Positions 10,103 to 18,589 are shown, counted from the stretch's first letter. The stretch: 25,758 nucleotides of DNA from a virus (IMGVR_UViG_3300042319_000316:1-25758); one strand, 5' to 3'. Notes: generated by a model from the sequence alone, not told the origin. Program-made: numbers and translations.

Positions 10103-12780
10103 TGAGTATCCTATGTTCAATGGTTGGTGCTAATTTTGCCACTGTGGCAGCAGTGGTAACAATCTTGCGTTCAAAGAAAGGCATCATTGCCGTTGGCAAT
10201 GCACAAGTATCAACCGCACAAAGTAAATTTGGTGGAGCAAGTGCTTTATTTGATGGTACTGGTGACTATTTGTTTGTAGCATCTAACAGTGATTTTGGAT
10301 TTGGCACAGGTGATTTTACTCTTGAAGGTTGGTTCCGTTTCACCAACTTTACCAACGGGCCAGCCCTGTTTGATCTGCGTGCCTCAGGTGGAACAGAAGT
10401 CAAACCTGTGGTCTATTGTGGCAGTGATGGAGTAATCTATTATTATGTAAACGGTGCAACGGCTATAACAGGAAATACTTTATCAGCCAACACTTGGTAT
10501 CACATTGCCCTAAGTCGTAGCAGTGGTGTTACCAAACTGTTTAGAGATGGAACTCAAATAGGTAGCAATTATACAGATACTAATAACTATCCTGCCACTG
10601 TGGTCAGTATTGGCATTGCCAGTTGGAATACTTCATTTAATGCATTAAATGGCTATGTTGATGAAGTTCGCATTTCAAACTCTGCCCGTTATACCGCAGC
10701 CTTTACCCCAAGCACCGTGCCATTTGTCAACGATGACAACACCCTGCTATTGATACACGCCAACGGTACCAATGCCACCACATTCTTTGAAGATGACAAC
10801 GGTGCCACAACTACGAGAACTGCCAAGACATTTACCGCAGTGGGTAATGCACAATTAAGTACCGCACAAGAAAAGTTTGGACAGAGTTCAATGTTGTTTG
10901 ATGGTACAGGAGATCATTTTATTTCTTCAGCCAGTAATGATTTTACATTCACTGGCAATTTTACTGTTGAACTTTGGGTGAGATTAGCATCAACAGGTGC
11001 AATTAGGGTTCCTATTGGTAATAGAAGCAGTGGTACAGGACTAGGAATATGGTGGGTTGAAGTAGGCACTGATCAAGCAGGTTATAGTGCTTGGCAAAAT
11101 ACTGCAGGCACCAGTTATTATCCAACATACACTGGAACAATATCTGCCAACACTTGGACTCATTTAGCAGTTGTCCGTAATGGAACTACACTAACAATGT
11201 ATAAGGACGGTGTAGGCGGAACAGCAGTCACTGGAGTTACAGGCACATTTGGTGGTAATGGTGCAATCTACATTGGTGGAATAGCCGCCAGTTATAACTG
11301 GGATGGTTACATAGATGAAGTTCGTATCTCAAAGGTAGCTCGTTATGCTGCCAACTTTACAGCACCTGCAACAACATTTGAAAATGATGCCAATACAGTA
11401 TTGTTAGTTCACGCAGATGGTGCTGATGCTTCTCTCATCGTAACAGACGATGTAAGTGGTCGCAGTCCCCACGGATTGAGCCAACAAAATACTGCGGCAA
11501 TTTCTACTACACAAAGTTATTTTGGTGGATCAAGTTTAAGTCTGAATGGTTCATCCAGTGTGAATACCCCAAGCAGTTTTGCATTTGGCACAACAGACTT
11601 CACAGTTGAATATTGGATTAGACCTACCTCACTGTCAAGTTATGATATACATTGGGATTTGAGAGGCGGAAATACCAGTCAGATCTCTCCAATAGTTTAT
11701 ACTCTTAATGGCACACTAACAATGGATGTGGGAGCAACCACTAGGATTACTGGTAGCACCTTATCTACCAATACCTGGTATCACATAGCATTGTCAAGAT
11801 CAGGTTCATCAACAAAATTGTTTGTTAACGGCACACAGACAGGCAGCACCTATACAGACACAAATAATTATTTGGCTGCTACACCTTTATACATAGGCCA
11901 AAGTAGTGGTAGTGGTGTTGATGGCTTTATGGATGAATTCCGCATTAGTAATTCTGCAAGATACACTGCCAACTTTACACCCAGCACTACGCCATTTGTC
12001 AATGATGCCAACACCTTGTTGTTATGTCACTTTGATGGCACTAACAGTAGCACAGTATTCCGTGATGACAATGGCACAAGAAGACAGCAGGGCGTTATTT
12101 CTAACGGCAGTGCCGCAGTATCAACCACTCAATCAAAGTTTGGTGGCTCCAGTTTGTATGTCAATGGAACAAATCAATTTTTAACATCACCTGATGCATC
12201 TAATACTGCATTTACCACAGAAGATTTTACAGTTGAAGCCTGGTTATATCCAATAAGTTCTACTGGTAATTTTGTTACCAATTTACAGAACGGAACAAAC
12301 AATGGATGGCAAGTTTCACATTGGAGCACAGGTAGAATATTATTCTGTAATAACACATCAGCAGGTACCCCAGGCATTGATGTAAGATTCAGCAGTGACA
12401 ATGCCTTTACTCTAAATGCCTGGAACCATATTGCCGTTTGTAGAACTGGCACTACATTGACAATGTATTCAAACGGAAATAGAGTGTATTCTGCTAGTAA
12501 TTTGCCTGCTACTCTGAAAGCAAGCAATGCAGGATTAAGAATTGGACATTCAAACGGTATTGCTGACGGTCTTTGGCAGGATGCAGGTGCATATTCTAAC
12601 AGTTATTCAAATGAAATTAGAATTAGTAATATAGTAAGATACACTGGAACAACTTACACCATTCCTACTGCACCATTCCAGAATGATGCAAATACCCTAT
12701 TGTTATTACACAACAATGGAACCAATGGTTCAACCGTGTTCTTTGATGACAACGGTATAGCACCTTACACTCCAACTTAA
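10102..12780 (+). CDS. Tail-associated protein with four tandem LamG/ConA-like domains, 892 aa
   Basis: Start re-called to ATG 10102 (TAATG coupling). Four repeats of STxQSxFGGxS...DFTxExW...WxHxA...ExRIS...RYT..NDxNTLLL. Confidence 0.85.
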   Translation: MSILCSMVGANFATVAAVVTILRSKKGIIAVGNAQVSTAQSKFGGASALFDGTGDYLFVASNSDFGFGTGDFTLEGWFRFTNFTNGPALFDLRASGGTEVKPVVYCGSDGVIYYYVNGATAITGNTLSANTWYHIALSRSSGVTKLFRDGTQIGSNYTDTNNYPATVVSIGIASWNTSFNALNGYVDEVRISNSARYTAAFTPSTVPFVNDDNTLLLIHANGTNATTFFEDDNGATTTRTAKTFTAVGNAQLSTAQEKFGQSSMLFDGTGDHFISSASNDFTFTGNFTVELWVRLASTGAIRVPIGNRSSGTGLGIWWVEVGTDQAGYSAWQNTAGTSYYPTYTGTISANTWTHLAVVRNGTTLTMYKDGVGGTAVTGVTGTFGGNGAIYIGGIAASYNWDGYIDEVRISKVARYAANFTAPATTFENDANTVLLVHADGADASLIVTDDVSGRSPHGLSQQNTAAISTTQSYFGGSSLSLNGSSSVNTPSSFAFGTTDFTVEYWIRPTSLSSYDIHWDLRGGNTSQISPIVYTLNGTLTMDVGATTRITGSTLSTNTWYHIALSRSGSSTKLFVNGTQTGSTYTDTNNYLAATPLYIGQSSGSGVDGFMDEFRISNSARYTANFTPSTTPFVNDANTLLLCHFDGTNSSTVFRDDNGTRRQQGVISNGSAAVSTTQSKFGGSSLYVNGTNQFLTSPDASNTAFTTEDFTVEAWLYPISSTGNFVTNLQNGTNNGWQVSHWSTGRILFCNNTSAGTPGIDVRFSSDNAFTLNAWNHIAVCRTGTTLTMYSNGNRVYSASNLPATLKASNAGLRIGHSNGIADGLWQDAGAYSNSYSNEIRISNIVRYTGTTYTIPTAPFQNDANTLLLLHNNGTNGSTVFFDDNGIAPYTPT

Positions 12781-12789
12781 GGATCTAAA

Positions 12790-15700
12790 GTGGATCAGTT
12801 TTACTTTGAAGAAGGTTATCTTGTAGCTGGCTATGTAACCGTAGTCAAAGAAGCCTCTGCTGGTCTTACACCTTACTTTGTTGAAGGCTATCTACCTGTT
12901 GATTATTTTGTTTTTGAAGGTAATGCGATCAATGGTGAATACAGTTTAACAGCACTACTGACCAAAGTAGGAGATGCTGTTTTTGGTGTTGGTACTTTTA
13001 CTACAATTACCACTACCAGTGTTAGTGTAAATGTTATAGCCAGTGGTCAATCCGCAATCACAGCTGCATTTACACAAACAGCAATAATCAGTCACATTGA
13101 AGGTGCTGACCTATTTGCATTCAGCAACGCACAGTTAGAGGCAGCGGTTCGTAGAATTCGTGATAATAATATAACAGCCAGTGCGGCCTTTAGTGTGGCT
13201 GTTGACTTTGTTAGAACTAGAAACACAGCCAGTGAAGAAGCGGCGGAGTTCTCTTTTACTGCTAACACAGTCAGAAGCCGCGATTATGCATCAAGTCAAT
13301 CAGCGGCTTTTTCATTGGCGGCAGCAATTGACGATAGAACAAGAGATCAATCAAGTGCTCTAACATCTCAGTTTGTGTTCACTGCCACTATCAGTCATAT
13401 TGAAGGTGCTGACCTTGTGGCATTTAGCAATGCTGAATTAACAGCCACTGCTACAAGAATCAAACAGATAGCGTCAACACAATCTGTCAGCACCACAGTT
13501 GTTGCAGATGTAAGACGCAATCCAGGTATTATACTAAATCTATCCAGTCAGTTTACACAAACAGCACTGGTTAATAGAACAGCAAGAATAACACAGACAC
13601 TAAGTGCTGTGGCCACTGTGGTGTATCGTGATAGACCTTTAGACATCAAGAGATTATCATCAGACGCAAGTAAAAGACTAATAGATACCAGCATCAAGAA
13701 GTTTGGTACTGGTAGTTTGTCAATTACATCAGGCACTGGCACAACATTTACTGGAGCCAATCTAGGCTATGTTGATTATCACGCTACTCCTTCAATGGCC
13801 ACTAGTTTTGGTGGTGCTTACAATGATAGAGTAGTTGAGTTTTGGTTCTATTCTGGTGGTATAACACAAAATTTTGTACCTATTGTAGGTTTATATAGTT
13901 CTACTAGCTTCTCCTACCCAAATTATGTTTGGTATGTTACAGTAAAAACTGGAGCCACTGGCGGAATAGCAATGCTTGGAGGAGTTACTTTTCAAGTATT
14001 TGATATTAACATTACCGTGAACACTTGGCATCATATTGCCATTGCTACACAGGGCTACGCCAATGGAGATAATCCTGGCAACGCTATTTGGCTGGACGGT
14101 AATAGAGTAGCTTTTAACACTGCCCACATTAATGGTCAAGCAGGTTTTAGCAATTATTTCTTAAGAGTTGGCCCAGATGGTCAATACAATACTAGTTTTA
14201 AAATTGATGAATTAAGAATTATCACTGGCCCACAAGGTACAAATAACGCCAGTGGTTTTGCTCCTACACAAACATCAATCACAGTACCAACTAATCGTCG
14301 TTGGAACGCTGACAGCGAGTATACCAGAGCCTTATTCCATTATGACATTGACTATCGCGATGACATAGGCATTCAACAGGTTGCTGAAGCCGCCATATCT
14401 ACTGCGGCCACTATTACAGCCACAGTTGATAAAATAAGATTTATTGAGGCATCTGCTGTCATATCTAGTGCGGCGTCAACTTCTGCAACCATATTAAGAA
14501 TACAATCAAGTAGTGCCGCTTTAGACAGTGCGTTTACACAGTCAGCAGATGTTGCAAGAACAAGAGGTCTTATAAGTAATCAAGACGCAGTATTCACACA
14601 ATCCACAGAGGCTGTTAAGACAGCAAACATAGTTTCTGCTCTTGACTCTCAGGCTACTTTTACAGGCACAATTAGTCACATTGAAGGTGCTGACCTTGTG
14701 GCCTTTAGCAATAGCACACTATCTGCTGATGGCGTAGTAACAAGAAGTGCAGTATCAACCCAATCAAGTGCATTTACATCCACTGCTAATATTCTAAGAG
14801 TTAGATTTGCTGCCAGTGATATTAATTCTGCATTTACACAATCAGTAGATGCAGTAAAAACTGCTGTTGGTTCTAGCACAATATCATCAGAAACCGCTAC
14901 ATCAACACAAGGTCAAAGAGTTAGATTTGCTGATAGCACCTTAACTTTAGTTTCTAGTTTATCAGCGACAGCAGAAAAAATTAAAGTAGCCAGTGCCCAA
15001 TTAGTCAGTGAATTTTCTACTTCTAGACCATATATTTTAGCAGACTATTTAGAAACTGGCTACTACGAAGTTCTTGAAATATCAGCCATTAAGACTGCTA
15101 GGGCAGTAATAAACACTGAAGCCCTTGCCAGTCAGCTAACGGCAGTGGTCAAGGTTGCTAAATTCTTTGTAAATGCTAATATTGTTTCAACACTAACTGC
15201 TGAAATAACCGTTGACAAAGAACTTTCTGCGGATCTAAGTAGTGAAATTGTTTTAGGTGTGGAAAACGGTAGAGTACGCGGCTTTGGCGTTATTCTACAG
15301 GTCAATACAACACAATCAGCCAGCATTGGCAGAATAAAACAGGCTAGTTCAACGCAAGCCAGTCAATTTACAGTTGCAGCCGCAGCCATCAAGACTGGCA
15401 ATAACGCTGTTATTGTTTCTAGTGAATTTGCATTAACTAGTATCGCTATAAAGATAAACGGCTTTGATTCTGCAGTATCAAGCGAATCTGCAATAGCGGT
15501 TAGTGCTAATATAATTCGTAGAGCAATCTCAAATCAATCAAGTGCATTTGCACAGTCTGCCACAATAGACAATCGCGTCAGAAGTATTAATGTTGAGATC
15601 AATAGTGTTGCAACACTAACTGCTGATGCTCTTGCTGGTAAGTTTGCTGAAAGCGATCAAAGTGCAGTATTCACACAAACTGCATCTGCATTGAGATTGA

Positions 15701-16377
15701 GAGGTGTTGATAGCAGTATTAGTTCAAACTTCACAGTCATTGCGGCTGTTAATGAAGTTGTTCAATTAAGTTCTACAATTGCCAGTGAAGCAACACTATC
15801 AGCGGCTGTAAACAGAACTGCCAGTGCATCAAGTAGTCAAACTGCTGTTGCCAGTGTAAGCTGCGTTATCAGTCACATTGAAGGTGCTGATATTGTTGCC
15901 AATGGCTTTGCTACATTAGACGCTAATGTTGATAAAATTGCAGGAATTGCTGTCACTGCAACATCAGTAGTTAACTTAACTGCAAGTGCTGACAAGTTCC
16001 GTGCATTTAGTGCTAACTTGGCTGTATCTACTGCACTGATTGTAAATGCAGTTAAAATACACCGCGGACAGGCCGCACTACAGGCTCAAGCCACTATCCA
16101 GGCAAATGCGACCAAGATAGTTCAATTCTCAGCGGTGATTAGTTCTGCAATGACCTTTGTGGCTGCTGTTCGTGAAATTGATGCGGCCAGTCTAACCCAA
16201 TTTGTCTACACCATAGCTCGTGAGGATTATGTTTACATTGTACCAGACGAAGTACCAGTTTACAATGATATTCTGTATGTGATACCCAACGAGAACTGGA
16301 CATACAATATCACAGCGGAAACAAGAGTATTCCCCGTTGATCAAGAAACAAGAATATATAATATAAGGAGCACATAA
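12790..16377 (+). CDS. Long Ala/Ser/Thr-rich repetitive fibre protein with central LamG-like domain, 1195 aa
   Basis: GTG start after AAGGA. Shows ~22-aa periodic low-complexity repeats, a LamG-like insert (VVEFWFY, WHHIA, IDELRI) and a C-terminal Y/F-x-I/V-x-x-E repeat tail. Confidence 0.75.
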   Translation: MDQFYFEEGYLVAGYVTVVKEASAGLTPYFVEGYLPVDYFVFEGNAINGEYSLTALLTKVGDAVFGVGTFTTITTTSVSVNVIASGQSAITAAFTQTAIISHIEGADLFAFSNAQLEAAVRRIRDNNITASAAFSVAVDFVRTRNTASEEAAEFSFTANTVRSRDYASSQSAAFSLAAAIDDRTRDQSSALTSQFVFTATISHIEGADLVAFSNAELTATATRIKQIASTQSVSTTVVADVRRNPGIILNLSSQFTQTALVNRTARITQTLSAVATVVYRDRPLDIKRLSSDASKRLIDTSIKKFGTGSLSITSGTGTTFTGANLGYVDYHATPSMATSFGGAYNDRVVEFWFYSGGITQNFVPIVGLYSSTSFSYPNYVWYVTVKTGATGGIAMLGGVTFQVFDINITVNTWHHIAIATQGYANGDNPGNAIWLDGNRVAFNTAHINGQAGFSNYFLRVGPDGQYNTSFKIDELRIITGPQGTNNASGFAPTQTSITVPTNRRWNADSEYTRALFHYDIDYRDDIGIQQVAEAAISTAATITATVDKIRFIEASAVISSAASTSATILRIQSSSAALDSAFTQSADVARTRGLISNQDAVFTQSTEAVKTANIVSALDSQATFTGTISHIEGADLVAFSNSTLSADGVVTRSAVSTQSSAFTSTANILRVRFAASDINSAFTQSVDAVKTAVGSSTISSETATSTQGQRVRFADSTLTLVSSLSATAEKIKVASAQLVSEFSTSRPYILADYLETGYYEVLEISAIKTARAVINTEALASQLTAVVKVAKFFVNANIVSTLTAEITVDKELSADLSSEIVLGVENGRVRGFGVILQVNTTQSASIGRIKQASSTQASQFTVAAAAIKTGNNAVIVSSEFALTSIAIKINGFDSAVSSESAIAVSANIIRRAISNQSSAFAQSATIDNRVRSINVEINSVATLTADALAGKFAESDQSAVFTQTASALRLRGVDSSISSNFTVIAAVNEVVQLSSTIASEATLSAAVNRTASASSSQTAVASVSCVISHIEGADIVANGFATLDANVDKIAGIAVTATSVVNLTASADKFRAFSANLAVSTALIVNAVKIHRGQAALQAQATIQANATKIVQFSAVISSAMTFVAAVREIDAASLTQFVYTIAREDYVYIVPDEVPVYNDILYVIPNENWTYNITAETRVFPVDQETRIYNIRST
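13087..15900 (+). repeat. Four dispersed copies of an ISHIEGAD(L/I)-encoding repeat (13087, 13390, 14671, 15868)
   Basis: Near-identical DNA, at(c/t)agtca(c/t)attgaaggtgctga, at all four sites. Confidence 0.9.
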
Positions 16378-16378
16378 T

Positions 16379-16705
16379 ATGGCTACAACAGGATTTTTTC
16401 AAACCATCCAGGGACTAACAATCCAGAAGGACACAGAAGCACAATTAGTCTATACCTTTGAGTGGAGCGAATGGCTTCCAGTAGGTGACAGTCTAAGTGC
16501 TGTGTCATATACTATTACCGCTCGTGCCAATGACCCAGACCCTCTGATCAAGGTAAGTCAAAATCGTGTAGGCACCAAGACCTTTGTGGAACTAAGCAAC
16601 GGACAGGAAGGCAAGACCTATACTGTGACCTGCCAAGTGACCACAACCAATGGACTAATTGATCGTAGAAACTTCCGTGTCAAAGTTCTAGCGAGGTCAG
16701 CATAA
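16379..16705 (+). CDS. Fibre-tail adaptor-like virion protein, 108 aa
   Basis: KD.EA.L.Y.FEWSEWL..GDSL...G..G..Y.VTC.VTT..G..D.R.F.V is a family commonly found directly after long fibre genes. AAGGAG RBS. Confidence 0.65.
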   Translation: MATTGFFQTIQGLTIQKDTEAQLVYTFEWSEWLPVGDSLSAVSYTITARANDPDPLIKVSQNRVGTKTFVELSNGQEGKTYTVTCQVTTTNGLIDRRNFRVKVLARSA

Positions 16706-16896
16706 TGACTATCAAAGAACTTGCCCAAGAAATCAAAACCATCAAAGAAAATCATCTTGCTCATATGGCAGAAGACATTGATCGTGTTGAAACCAAAGTA
16801 GACAAGATAGACAATCGCATTTGGGCCATATTGATTATTCTTTGTGGTGCAACATTCCTTCCAATTCTAGTGGAGTTCGCAACCAGTCTCAGGTAA
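16705..16896 (+). CDS. Small coiled-coil plus single-TM protein (holin/XhlA-like), 63 aa
   Basis: Heptad-rich N-terminus, then hydrophobic IWAILIILCGATFLPILV; sits at the end of the structural module. Confidence 0.55.
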   Translation: MTIKELAQEIKTIKENHLAHMAEDIDRVETKVDKIDNRIWAILIILCGATFLPILVEFATSLR

Positions 16897-16903
16897 GTAT
16901 GGG

Positions 16904-17380
16904 ATGGACGACAAAGAATTTAAAAAAATCCTCAGTGAAGTGGCAGAATGGCGATTTGAAAAGGTCAGCGACACTCAAATTAAACAAAGCCGTAAAATGG
17001 CCAAGGGTAAATTCAAACCCATTGTGGAAGGTGAAGAGCCAGAAATGGCAGTGCAGCTTGTTGATGGTGTCAATCCCACAGTGGTACCCATATTGGTCAA
17101 ACTTAAACCCTGTGCCACTAACTGCGAAGACTGCGGTAAACACTGCCCCAATGGCAGACAAGTCACTGCCAAAATATATCCATCAAGAGCACTAGGCCTG
17201 CATTGGCGTAAACGATGTGTGACCTGTCAACGATATCTTAACAAAGACACTGGCAAATATACCGTACCAGACAACAATGCTTCAAATCATTACAGCACAC
17301 TTAAGACTGGACATCAAGTGTCATTTGAAAGTGATAAAGAAATAATCACAATTCATTGTGAAAACACACAGGCGGAATAA
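16904..17380 (+). CDS. Hypothetical Cys-rich (putative Zn-binding) protein, 158 aa
   Basis: CxxxCEDCGKHC and RCVTC motifs; basic N-terminus. Confidence 0.65.
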   Translation: MDDKEFKKILSEVAEWRFEKVSDTQIKQSRKMAKGKFKPIVEGEEPEMAVQLVDGVNPTVVPILVKLKPCATNCEDCGKHCPNGRQVTAKIYPSRALGLHWRKRCVTCQRYLNKDTGKYTVPDNNASNHYSTLKTGHQVSFESDKEIITIHCENTQAE

Positions 17381-17383
17381 ATA
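17376..17383 (+). promoter_or_regulatory. T4-late-like promoter (AATAAATA) for the small RNA
   Basis: Applying the 5-nt spacer seen at the leaderless genes puts +1 at A17389, the start of the sRNA closing stem. Confidence 0.5.
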
Positions 17384-17387
17384 TTAT

Positions 17388-17482
17388 TAGCAGGGACAAA
17401 TATCCGTTAATCCTAAGGGATGGTTTGGCTGTCACTAAATCAAAAAGTAGTTTCTTATTGCCATTAGAAACGAGCCCTGTTA
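17388..17482 (+). ncRNA. Cloverleaf small RNA (~95 nt), candidate C4/CI-like trans-acting antisense RNA
   Basis: Closing stem TAGCAGGG/CCCTGTTA. Arms: TATCC..GGATG; GGTTTGG-ctgtca-CTAAATC; GTTTCT-tattgccatt-AGAAAC. Several G-U pairs; flanked by a promoter-like box and a terminator. Confidence 0.65.
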
Positions 17483-17516
17483 GAAACCCAGTCGCAATGA
17501 TTGGGTTTCGTCTTTT
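17483..17516 (+). terminator. Rho-independent terminator
   Basis: 12-bp stem GAAACCCAGTCG-caa-TGATTGGGTTTC followed by GTCTTTT. Confidence 0.8.
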
Positions 17517-17547
17517 ACCACATTTAATTCTGATATTTTGTCTCTTA

Positions 17548-17555
17548 TATAAATA
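17548..17555 (+). promoter_or_regulatory. Perfect T4 late promoter consensus TATAAATA
   Basis: Exact TATAAATA just after the terminator, with GATATTTT upstream; predicted +1 near G17561. Confidence 0.6.
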
Positions 17556-17560
17556 CTTGT

Positions 17561-18005
17561 GACAGGCAAAACACTTAGGCATCATTGGCAATCCAAATCA
17601 TTTTAGGCACTATCATCTAACACACAAGGTTGGCCCGCCAGATTGTAATAGGGCTGTGGAAAAACCAGGGAATAACTGGGCACGAGACATATTGAGGCAC
17701 CCCCGTTGCTACGGCAACTATCCTGAAAAATTGGAAGTGGGTTTGAGGTTGAAAGCAAAGATAACCAACGCATTGATATAGTATGAATGTTAGCATACGA
17801 ACACACTGGCTATAAACATCTAGACACTAGGAACGAGGTCTAGAGTGCGGTAACGCATATCGTGGCAGGTAAGGAAAAGCACAGAGTCCTTTAGCATACA
17901 GTGATGAAAACACCTGCTTCCATAAGTCTTGGCTGGGGCAACTCACATAAAGATAGACGGTGCCGCTGAAAACGGTTCCGTCTGACTGAAACAATCTACA
18001 TAAAG
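17561..18005 (+). ncRNA. Large (~440 nt) structured, pseudoknotted ncRNA candidate, family not recognised
   Basis: No + strand ORF. Tetraloop hairpins: cUACGg (17705-17718) and GUAA (17846-17857). Helices: TCTAGAC/GTCTAGA, GCAGGT/ACCTGC, AAGGA/TCCTT, TGGAAG/CTTCCA, CACTG/CAGTG, AGACGG/CCGTCT, and long-range AGATTGT(17640)/ACAATCT(17991). Confidence 0.65.
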
Positions 18006-18032
18006 TATCTCAATAGATCATTATGTGTTTCT

Positions 18033-18094
18033 GAACGAAGCGAAGCGACATACGAGTGAGCGGAAGCGAAATGAGTTGATGTCTGTAAGACATC
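18033..18094 (+). other. Primosome-assembly-site-like / ssDNA-origin-like element
   Basis: GAACGAAGCGAAGCGA..GAGTGAGCGGAAGCGAA resembles the ColE1/pBR322 n'-pas region as I recall it. Contains the GCGAAGC mini-hairpin and a GATGTCT-GTA-AGACATC hairpin. Confidence 0.4.
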
Positions 18095-18117
18095 TTTAAT
18101 AGTAAGGAATAAGTGAT

Positions 18118-18543
18118 ATGTGGATTTACAATAATAAAGAGATTACTGAACTTCCTGATGATGTAGTTGGCTTTGTGTATCTGATTACGAACTTGATAAA
18201 TGACAAAAAGTATATTGGTAAGAAGTTAGCCAAGTTTGCCAAAACACGATATAAGATGCACACACAGAAAAATGGTAAACGAGTAAAGAAAAAGATTCGT
18301 TCATATGTGGATAGTGATTGGTTGACATATTACGGATCAAGTGATGCTCTTGCCAAAGACATTGAGCTACAGGGCAAAGATCAGTTCTCACGAGAGATCA
18401 TTCGCTTGTGTTACTCCAAAGCAGAGTGTTCATATTGGGAAGCCAAAGAGCAGTTCTACAATGGCGTTTTGGAATCTGCAGATTGGTATAATGCCCAAAT
18501 ATCAGTGCGCTGTCACAAGAACAACATATTGGGCAAACGCTAA
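18118..18543 (+). CDS. Stand-alone GIY-YIG nuclease (Seg-like), 141 aa
   Basis: GFVYLITN..NDKKYIGKK (GIY-YIG signature), YYGSS, FSREI, a conserved Glu (SYWEAKEQF) and WYN. AAGGA RBS. Confidence 0.85.
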   Translation: MWIYNNKEITELPDDVVGFVYLITNLINDKKYIGKKLAKFAKTRYKMHTQKNGKRVKKKIRSYVDSDWLTYYGSSDALAKDIELQGKDQFSREIIRLCYSKAECSYWEAKEQFYNGVLESADWYNAQISVRCHKNNILGKR

Positions 18544-18560
18544 ATTGGATGTTTTTGTCA

Positions 18561-18589
18561 TTGACAATAAATACAGCATACGCTATAAT
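18561..18589 (+). promoter_or_regulatory. Consensus sigma70 promoter (early promoter)
   Basis: TTGACA (18561-66), 17-bp spacer, TATAAT (18584-89). An AATAAATA box is nested at 18566-73. Confidence 0.9.

Noticed and set aside
13087-15900. CRISPR array or DGR template/variable repeats
   Set aside because: The repeats are in-frame coding and irregularly spaced, their differences are not adenine-specific, and there is no cas or reverse transcriptase gene in the window.
17388-17482. tRNA gene
   Set aside because: Cloverleaf-shaped, but it has no TTC T-loop, no D-loop GG and no 7-nt anticodon loop, and it has a long linker between arms.
17346-17806. Minus-strand ORFs 17346-17591 and 17603-17806
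   Set aside because: Protein-unlike sequences lying opposite a + strand terminator, promoters and RNA helices; better explained as non-coding.
17561-18543. Group I intron carrying a GIY-YIG homing endonuclease
   Set aside because: No interrupted host gene flanks it, and I could not place the P7 R/S elements in canonical order. A covariance-model search is needed to exclude a derived form.
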